Positions 46,048 through 52,844 of a stretch of 52,844 nucleotides of DNA are shown here, piece after piece; the stretch's first letter is position 1, and every line of letters starts with the position of its first letter. Source of the stretch: a virus (lineage: Duplodnaviria; Caudoviricetes); the IMG/VR virus record IMGVR_UViG_3300010371_000010, positions 1-52,844 of that record. One strand, 5' to 3'. The notes under the pieces were generated by a model. That model saw only the letters and a list, made by a program, of their open reading frames with translations, was not told the DNA's origin and made no database searches. The translations under genes and the position numbers were made by a program.

Positions 46048-46339
46048 GGCTCCGCTGGGGCCTCCATGCGCCCTCCTATGAAACGCTCAAGCTTAGTGAT
46101 CTGATGCACAGTGATCGCCGCCGATCCATGTCGGGGGCGGTTGGGTCGGCCGGGGCGTCTCTGCCAAGAACGCGCCCCGGTCGGCTCGGATTGCGGTGTT
46201 ATGGTTTGACTCACCGGCGGTTGTGTGGCCGGAATTTTGGGGTCAGTGGAGGTGCTTAAGCGCCTGCTTTACGTTCCGAACGCCGTGGCAACACAATAGC
46301 ACATCGCGCGAGATAACCTGCTACGCGATGGCTCCGCGA

Positions 46340-47206
46340 TCAACATGCCCCCACGCCGAGAAGACTGAGGGTGCATAAGACGGTTCCGGCACTCGGCGTG
46401 TAGGTGATGACGATCACGCCCTGGCTTCCTGAGCCTGCAGTGCCTCCGAAGAAGGCCCCGCCGCCCCCAGCGCCATAGGCGCCCCCGTTGCAACCATTCA
46501 GGTTCACGGTTGGAGCCCCGCCGCCGCCGCCACCACCATTGCCGGCCCCGGCTCCTGACGTGGTTATGTCCGTTCCGCTGCCGCCTGCCGCACAGGCCGT
46601 GGCCGAGGTAGCGCCCGCCCCACCGGAGCCGCCCGAAGTGCCGCCATTTCCACCAGCGCCGCCTGCCGACCCGGTGCCATTCCCCCCGACGTTGTTGGGG
46701 GCGCCTCCGCCCCCAGCGCCAACGCCAGAACCGCCCGTGCCGCCGTTGCTGCCGTTGAAAACAACGGTGCCAGAGCCACTTGTCGAGGCCGTTCCGGGAG
46801 AACCGTCAGTCTTGCCGACACCCGTAGAAGATTTTGTGGCTCCACATGAAGCCGCTGTAGAGTTGGTTCCGTTAAACCATGTGGAGCCAGCGGCCGAAAC
46901 GCCACCACCACCGGCGGCTGTTCCTACATGGATTGAGACGGAACCCGCCAAGGCCAGATTGCTTGAGGTGCGCTCAGCAGATCCAGAGCCCCCCCCACCA
47001 CCTATGCCGGACGTGCCGACGCCACCCGGTTGGCCGCCCGCTACGCAATATTCGTTGTTTGACCCGGCGTTGAAGTCACCCGGCGTTGACCAACTGGTTC
47101 CAGAGGTCAGGATGATCGTCGTGAGGGCCAGCGCCTTCACGACAGAAAACCCCCATGCCGCCGCCCCGATCAGGCAGGCCAGCACCCCTCGCCTACTCCC
47201 GCGCAA
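46340..47206 (-). CDS. Gly-rich exported protein with a twin-arginine-like signal
   Basis: MRGSRRGVLACLIGAAAW...ALA; polyglycine tracts; GSQGVIVITY; C-terminal LSLLGVGAC. Confidence 0.75.
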   Translation of the reverse strand: MRGSRRGVLACLIGAAAWGFSVVKALALTTIILTSGTSWSTPGDFNAGSNNEYCVAGGQPGGVGTSGIGGGGGSGSAERTSSNLALAGSVSIHVGTAAGGGGVSAAGSTWFNGTNSTAASCGATKSSTGVGKTDGSPGTASTSGSGTVVFNGSNGGTGGSGVGAGGGGAPNNVGGNGTGSAGGAGGNGGTSGGSGGAGATSATACAAGGSGTDITTSGAGAGNGGGGGGGAPTVNLNGCNGGAYGAGGGGAFFGGTAGSGSQGVIVITYTPSAGTVLCTLSLLGVGAC

Positions 47207-47567
47207 GGGCCGCCCTCACCTTGTTCTCGGCGAGCATGGTATCGACCTGATCCCCGAGCATTCGGACGTTCGCCCCGCCGTCTTGGGCCAGCGTCATGAT
47301 TCCCGGCGCCACTTCCTCAAGGGCTCGGGCGAAGCCGACCGCGTTCATCCGGCCTCGGGTGATTTCCACCCTCACGGCCGGACGCGAGACGCCTTGCACC
47401 GGATGAGCGCGGGCTGAAAACACCTTCGCCCCCTGCTCGTCGTTGTCCGGGATCACCGTTTCGATCACCGTCATAGTATCCCGGTCATACCAGACGATGA
47501 TCTTCGTTGGCGGTTGGGCCAGGGCCAGCGCAGGGACGAACAGAAGAAGGAGGACCAGAGACTTCAT
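47193..47567 (-). CDS. Exported protein (Sec signal)
   Basis: MKSLVLLLLFVPALALA-Q. Confidence 0.7.
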   Translation of the reverse strand: MKSLVLLLLFVPALALAQPPTKIIVWYDRDTMTVIETVIPDNDEQGAKVFSARAHPVQGVSRPAVRVEITRGRMNAVGFARALEEVAPGIMTLAQDGGANVRMLGDQVDTMLAENKVRAALARE

Positions 47568-47570
47568 GGC

Positions 47571-50500
47571 TCAGAACTGGGTATAGGCAACCGAGCCAGA
47601 TGCCTGGACGGCGGCGGACGTGACCATGCAGACATCCTTGGACGCCGGAACCACAATCACCGGCCCGAGTCCACCACCCGACGAAATGCCCCCGTTGGCG
47701 GCGAAGTTGAACGCTCCGGTTAGGACCGTCGTGCCGGTGTCGCATTCGGTGGTGGTCTTGGTCCCATACTCGAGCGTGATGTTGTCGGCTCCGGCGACCA
47801 CCAAATCCCAATGCGTGATGTAGGTCTTCTTGCTCGATACGTTGGAGATGATCTTGGTGGTGGTCGCCGTCGCGACGCTGATCGAAGCGGAGCTGTCCGC
47901 CTGGATGATGCCAGTCAGGTTCCCCGAGGAGTTGGCCCCGACATAGGCGGCGTTCGCAGGAACCGCCGAACCCGTCGCGCCGGAGGAGTTCGGAGCCACG
48001 TTCAGGACGCCCGCCGTGGTCGTAGACAGGTTTCGGGCGTTGGTCCCGTCACTTCCCCCCATCAGGACCGGATTGCCCGTCACGGCCGATCCTGAGGCCG
48101 CTGCGCCTACGACGGTCGCATTGAGGTTCGCGGCCGTCGATTGCTTCACCGCCACGGCGACTTGATCCGAAGCGATCACAACCGGGATCGAGGACGAAGA
48201 GACCGCCGAGCCGAAGCCGAGCGAAACGCCGCCGATCTGGGTCAGGTTCGAACTCCAGGGCCCGGACGCCTGGGTCACGGCCCCGATGGTGTTGGAGCCG
48301 GTCGGTAGGGGTTGGCTGAGCGCCACCAAGCCCTCCGCCACGCTGGCCCGGAAGTTCACCGCTGCGGAGCCCGACGTATAGGAGGTCATCTTGACCTGCA
48401 CCGTCGATCCCGCCGCCGCGTCGACCAGGAACTGGCCGTTAGAGGTCGTGGTGGTGGCAAGCGCACCGCCCCCCAAAGGCAGGGCGTTGACGGCAGTGTA
48501 AGTCGTCCCGCCATCCGTGGATTCCTGGAAGGTGAGGGTCCCAACCCACGTTCCGGTGACGGAGATACCAACCGTTCCGGCCCCGGCTAGGGTTCCAGTC
48601 GTCACCGTGGCATTGAGCGAGCCAGCCGAGTTGTTGTTCTGCGCGTCCGGCAGGGTGACACCGCCAACGGTATTGGTCCCCGCGTTCAGGTTGGCGTTGA
48701 CCGTGGGCGTGCCGGTGATCGAGACCGCACCCGAAACCGGCTGCGTCACCGCGGATCCATCCACCTTGATCGCGGTCGCGTTCGCCCCGGTGTTGGCGAC
48801 ACTGACCTGGATCGGAGTCGTGGAGGTGCCGATTTCCGTGCCAGAGGCGTTCCGCAGGTTGGTGAACAGCGCCCGGTTGGCCGTGACCTGGAACATGCCA
48901 TATTGGCCGGTGGTCAGGGCGTTGGACGTAGCCGTGGTCTGGAAGAAGCCGCCGGAGCTGCTGAACACCGAAGTTCCGGCCGTGAATGAGCCCTCGTCGG
49001 TCTCGCTGACCCCGGAGCCCGAGCAGTTGGCGCACTGGACGTTCAGGTTGTTGGTGGTCGAGCCGATGACATTGCCGGACCCGTCCACGATCTGCGTCTT
49101 CTGGGCGCCGCCGGTCTGGTTCGACGCGGTCGCCGCTCCCGAAGGCAGGGGCAGTGACGCGGCCGAAACCGGCTGGGTGACAGCCGAGCCATCCACCGTC
49201 AAGGCGTTGGAGGCCGTGACGTTCGCACCCCTGGCGTTGCCCGCCGCGTCCATGATGACCTGGCGGGCGTTGCCCTTGGCGTCACACTGCCTGGCGAGCC
49301 CCTGGCCAGTGGTCGGGCCGGGAAGGGTTGAGTTGTAGACGCACCCGGCGAGCTGACTGTTCGAGGCCGCGGTTCCGGGCGAGACGGTGCCCTGCACGTT
49401 GGTCTGGTTGCCCGCCGTGGCCGCGCCGGACGGAAGCGGCAGGGAGGCGGCGGAGATCGGCTGCGTGGTGGTCCCGGTCGGGTCGATCTTGACCGGATTG
49501 CCGGAGGTGCCGAACGCAGTCCCCGTGGCGTCCTGAAGCTTGGCCCCGAAGACGGTATTGCCGATCGATCCCCCGGCTTGGAACGGCGAGCCGAGGGTGG
49601 TGTTGATCGTGGTCTCAAGGGCGGAGGTCGCGGCGCCAGAAGGCAGAGGCAGAGAGGCCGCCGAGACAGGCTGCGTTACCGCCGAGCCGTCCACCTTCAG
49701 GGCCGTCATCGAGGCGATGCCCTGGACCGTGATGACATCGGCCGACGCCGTGCCAGCGGTTCCCAGCGCCGGTTGCTTGGCGGAGGTCGCCGCGCCCGTT
49801 GGCAGCGGTAGGGACGCCGCCGAGACTGGCAGGGCCGTTCCGCTGGCGACGCCTTGCACCGACACGACACCGCCCGAGGGCGTGCCCGCCGTACCAGCGC
49901 CGACAACGGTCGCGTTCAGGTTCGAGGCCGTGGTCTGCTTGACCGCAACCGCGGCTTGGTCGGAGGCAATGACCACCGGCATGGAGGCCGAAGACGTGGT
50001 CGATCCTAAGGCGTAGGACGTGCCGCCGACTTGGTTCAGGTTGACGTTGCCGCCGCCACCCCCACTGCCCGAACTGCCCAGCGCTGGAAGGCCCGTCCCG
50101 GTCGTGATCGAGAGAGCCGCCGTCCCAGAGGCCGTAATGCCAGCGATGTAGGTGTTGGCTCCGACATTGAAGGCGATGGATTGGCCCGAGCCGATGGGAT
50201 AGCTGGAGGTCGTCGCCGTGACGCCGCTGCCCCCGAAGTTCACATAGGCCGTGACCGAACCATTGTTCGTGACCAGGGCCGTGGGGTCCGAAGATCCCAA
50301 GGCCACGTTGCTGGTGGTCACGCCGGCGGACAACGCCGCCTGGCCCGAAGGTGCAAAGGCGTTGATCGATGCTGAAGCCGAGACGGTCGCGTTCACGCAC
50401 GCCTTGCCGCTCGGATCGACGGTCAGGTGGTTGGTGTGCCCCGCCGCATAGGTCGAGCTGCCACAGGTCGCGACAACGTCGGCCTGGATGGCCTGCGCCT

Positions 50501-50576
50501 TCACGCTCTCCGGAACAGCGAATGCCAGTAAGGACGCAGCCAAAGACGCCGCGAGCCAGCGGAGGTGCATGTTCAA
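47571..50576 (-). CDS. 1001-aa Ser/Thr/Gly/Ala-rich repeat protein with a Sec signal (fibre/adhesin-like)
   Basis: MNMHLRWLAASLAASLLAFAV..VKA-QA; repeats VDGSAVTQPVS and SAASLPLP[ST]GAAT; two PVVIASDQ.AVAVKQ.T..NLNATVVGA units. Confidence 0.8.
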   Translation of the reverse strand: MNMHLRWLAASLAASLLAFAVPESVKAQAIQADVVATCGSSTYAAGHTNHLTVDPSGKACVNATVSASASINAFAPSGQAALSAGVTTSNVALGSSDPTALVTNNGSVTAYVNFGGSGVTATTSSYPIGSGQSIAFNVGANTYIAGITASGTAALSITTGTGLPALGSSGSGGGGGNVNLNQVGGTSYALGSTTSSASMPVVIASDQAAVAVKQTTASNLNATVVGAGTAGTPSGGVVSVQGVASGTALPVSAASLPLPTGAATSAKQPALGTAGTASADVITVQGIASMTALKVDGSAVTQPVSAASLPLPSGAATSALETTINTTLGSPFQAGGSIGNTVFGAKLQDATGTAFGTSGNPVKIDPTGTTTQPISAASLPLPSGAATAGNQTNVQGTVSPGTAASNSQLAGCVYNSTLPGPTTGQGLARQCDAKGNARQVIMDAAGNARGANVTASNALTVDGSAVTQPVSAASLPLPSGAATASNQTGGAQKTQIVDGSGNVIGSTTNNLNVQCANCSGSGVSETDEGSFTAGTSVFSSSGGFFQTTATSNALTTGQYGMFQVTANRALFTNLRNASGTEIGTSTTPIQVSVANTGANATAIKVDGSAVTQPVSGAVSITGTPTVNANLNAGTNTVGGVTLPDAQNNNSAGSLNATVTTGTLAGAGTVGISVTGTWVGTLTFQESTDGGTTYTAVNALPLGGGALATTTTSNGQFLVDAAAGSTVQVKMTSYTSGSAAVNFRASVAEGLVALSQPLPTGSNTIGAVTQASGPWSSNLTQIGGVSLGFGSAVSSSSIPVVIASDQVAVAVKQSTAANLNATVVGAAASGSAVTGNPVLMGGSDGTNARNLSTTTAGVLNVAPNSSGATGSAVPANAAYVGANSSGNLTGIIQADSSASISVATATTTKIISNVSSKKTYITHWDLVVAGADNITLEYGTKTTTECDTGTTVLTGAFNFAANGGISSGGGLGPVIVVPASKDVCMVTSAAVQASGSVAYTQF

Positions 50577-50637
50577 ACCTTCTGGAATTGCGAGCGCCGT
50601 GCTAACCCGCCAGGATTGCGAGAACCGGGAGGGTCAG

Positions 50638-50877
50638 ATGCAGCGTCTAGTGCGGTTATTGCCGTTGGCGGCCGTTGCGCTCTGCCTGAGCGCGTGCGCC
50701 GCCGAACTGACTTCAGGGAACGAGCGCGGGGGCCTTATCGCCCACGTCAACGGTCTCAATCAGGACAAGGCGTTCAAGCTGGCCGAGGCGCACTGCCACA
50801 AGTTCGGGCGGGTCGCCCAGATCACCAGCACGGATGCGATCTACAACCGCGCGCGGTTCGTCTGCGTGAACCTCTGA
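50638..50877 (+). CDS. Antisense lipoprotein moron (superinfection-exclusion candidate)
   Basis: SD GGGAGG; lipobox LSAC; AEAHC..FGR...F.C pattern. Confidence 0.7.
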   Translation: MQRLVRLLPLAAVALCLSACAAELTSGNERGGLIAHVNGLNQDKAFKLAEAHCHKFGRVAQITSTDAIYNRARFVCVNL

Positions 50878-50880
50878 GCC

Positions 50881-52844
50881 CTATTGGGCGAGAGCATTCC
50901 TCTGCGGCGCCGGTTGAGCCGGAGTCGCAACTCCCCCGATCCCGACCAGCGCAGCGTAAAGGCCCCGCATCCGGGCGTTCAGGATCGGCTCCGACACCTT
51001 GCCGTTCTTGACCGGGACCTTCGCCAGTAACTCACGGGCGACGTTCGGATCCAGCATGGCGCGGGTGATGACGTCTTCCACACGCTGAACGCCGGCGGAA
51101 CGCAGGCTCTGGAGATAGTGGGCGGTCGCCCCTCCCAACGCCTCTCCCACCAAGCTCGGAGCACCATGCGTATGGCCGATGCTGCCGCCGATCATGGCGC
51201 CCAAGATGTCGATGAAGCCCTGGACGCCCTTGCCGCCATGCTTGGCGATCAGGTTTTGATCCTGAGCCGTGTTGGAGTTGCCCGGAAGCCGGATCGCGTT
51301 CTCCGACCGCTTGGCCCGCTGGATATCCCGCGCAATGGCCTCGATCCGGTCCACTTCCTCTCGGGCGAAGACCTGCAATAGTGCGGCGCGGCTCTGGCGG
51401 CTGAAGTTCTGGAAGGCGTCCGCCTTGATCGCGCCCTGGCCGGAGGTTCCCGCTTCGGTGTTGCCGATCAGCTTGCCCGTGATGTGGTCGGCGATGGCCT
51501 GGCGAAGGCCAGCTCTGGCATCCGCATTGCCCTGCGTCACCCGGGCCAGGGCCTTCATATCCTGGACCGAGGTCTTGCCGTTGAGGATTTGGCCCACGAT
51601 GCGGGTCACGTCCTCCGGCTCCGAGGCGTTCAGCACGCGGCCGATGGCGCCTTGCTGATAAGCCTTAAGGGCCGCGGTTCGGCTCGCTAGAGCTTCGTTG
51701 ACAGCCTCTGCCGCCTTGGCTGCATCGGCGAAGCGGGCCTGCGTTTCGGCCGGAAGGGCGCGCAAGGCGTCCTGATGGCGAGAGACCCAAGAGGCATACT
51801 TGCCCGGATCGAGCGTGCCGTCATCCTTCAAGGCCGCGCGCTTCAGGGAATTGGCGGCGAAGTCCTCGATCACCGGCATAGCCTCGGGACCGGCGGCCTT
51901 CAGAAGCGCCTGCATGTGCTGATAAGCGGCGGGGCCAGGATGGAAGAACTTGCCGGGCACTTCCCCGTTCGGAAGCGTGAACTGCCCCTTATATCCATTG
52001 GTCCGCGTGATATCGGTCACGGGACGGATGCCGAAGGTCTGATCGTGCTGCGCGTAGGCCGTGTCGGCGGCTAGCTGGCGCTGTCTGGCGGCGTCATCGA
52101 AGCTTGGCGCGTTCGGTAGGCCCGGATTTCCCGGAGCAGGTCCAGGTTGCCCTCTCGCCTGTTCTCCTGTTCCAGCCACGCCAACAGCGCGGGGCGCTCC
52201 GAGTCCGGGACCGCCTCCTGTTCCAAGATCACCGCTAACTGCTCGCCCGGCTGCACGGTCCTGATAGAACTTCTGCACCTGAGCCGCGAGCTTTACGCCA
52301 GCGGCTTGTTCGGGTGCCATTGTACCCGCTTTCACCGCCGCGTCATCCACCGCGACTTTGTTCGCTATCGTGTTGGCGAGATTGTCCTGCAATGCGCTCC
52401 GCAGTTTTGAAAGCCGCGCGTATCCAGCGCTATCGCCCTCACGCAGGGCTTGACCGGCCGCATCATTTACGCGGACCTTCAGCGCCATTAGGTCGCGAGC
52501 GGGAGCGATGTCGGGCATCTGCGCCGCCGCTTGGTAGATTCCGGCCTCCTCGCCCGTGATCGGTGCAGCCGTCGCGGGCTGGGACGCGGGAATGTCCTTT
52601 GCAGCGGCCTTCGTCTGCACCACGTTCGCGGTCAGGTCGCCGTTTGGATCGACAGCATCGTAAAGCGCCTTGTAAGCCGCCTTCGACGTGTCCTGAGCCG
52701 CCGTGACGGCCCCTCGGATGTCGGCCCCGTAGACTTCGGGCGTTCCCGCGCCCCCTATGGTCGCGGCCCTGGCCTGAGCGTCGCGAGCGGCGGCTTGGGC
52801 GGCTTGATCCGTCTGCGCGTCGAGCGCGTCGAGGCCATCCCGCA
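50881..52844 (-). CDS. 3' part of the same origin-spanning ejection protein
   Basis: ORF 50881..52623 stays open to the window end and is in frame with the ATG at 1693; Ala-rich helical composition. Confidence 0.85.
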   Translation of the reverse strand, partial: RDGLDALDAQTDQAAQAAARDAQARAATIGGAGTPEVYGADIRGAVTAAQDTSKAAYKALYDAVDPNGDLTANVVQTKAAAKDIPASQPATAAPITGEEAGIYQAAAQMPDIAPARDLMALKVRVNDAAGQALREGDSAGYARLSKLRSALQDNLANTIANKVAVDDAAVKAGTMAPEQAAGVKLAAQVQKFYQDRAAGRAVSGDLGTGGGPGLGAPRAVGVAGTGEQARGQPGPAPGNPGLPNAPSFDDAARQRQLAADTAYAQHDQTFGIRPVTDITRTNGYKGQFTLPNGEVPGKFFHPGPAAYQHMQALLKAAGPEAMPVIEDFAANSLKRAALKDDGTLDPGKYASWVSRHQDALRALPAETQARFADAAKAAEAVNEALASRTAALKAYQQGAIGRVLNASEPEDVTRIVGQILNGKTSVQDMKALARVTQGNADARAGLRQAIADHITGKLIGNTEAGTSGQGAIKADAFQNFSRQSRAALLQVFAREEVDRIEAIARDIQRAKRSENAIRLPGNSNTAQDQNLIAKHGGKGVQGFIDILGAMIGGSIGHTHGAPSLVGEALGGATAHYLQSLRSAGVQRVEDVITRAMLDPNVARELLAKVPVKNGKVSEPILNARMRGLYAALVGIGGVATPAQPAPQRNALAQ
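52722..52844. repeat. Second copy of the 123-nt circular overlap
   Basis: Identical to 1-123. Confidence 0.97.

Noticed and set aside
47571-50576. CRISPR-like or non-coding repeat array
   Set aside because: The repeats are in frame, vary at synonymous positions and are irregularly spaced, so they are protein repeats. No CRISPR array was seen anywhere in the window.

Overview
The window is a complete, circularly permuted temperate phage genome. Bases 1-123 are repeated exactly at 52722-52844, giving a 52,721 bp circle. It is GC-rich and podovirus-like, with P22-type portal, gp4-like, gp10-like and ejection proteins and a DUF4043/N4-gp56-type capsid. The host is almost certainly an alphaproteobacterium (GcrA homologue; Caulobacterales is a plausible inference). 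Layout: a lambda-like cro/cI switch with four 17-bp operators at about 28.2-29.0 kb; a leftward operon with replication, methylase and cell-cycle-regulator genes ending in a NusG-family antiterminator; a long minus-strand late operon (terminase, portal, capsid, tail/ejection, across the origin into exported repeat proteins and lysis); and a rightward early operon (recombination, small ORFs, QueD-like plus TGT/DpdA-like pair, HNH, integrase) with attP, the 3' half of tRNA-Arg(UCU), at 38768-38816. Most notable: (1) three consecutive late genes after the ejection proteins encode exported, Cys-containing proteins, two of them low-complexity/repeat proteins; (2) a clustered GcrA / CtrA-like wHTH / DnaA-C set; (3) a solo, self-promoted, rearranged-RuvC TnpB between the two spanin genes, with an antisense ORF coupled to both; (4) a minimal QueD-like plus DpdA-like pair; (5) shared left and right boundary motifs bracketing unrelated early genes; (6) several candidate structured RNAs. 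All protein calls come from motif recognition by eye; no searches were run.
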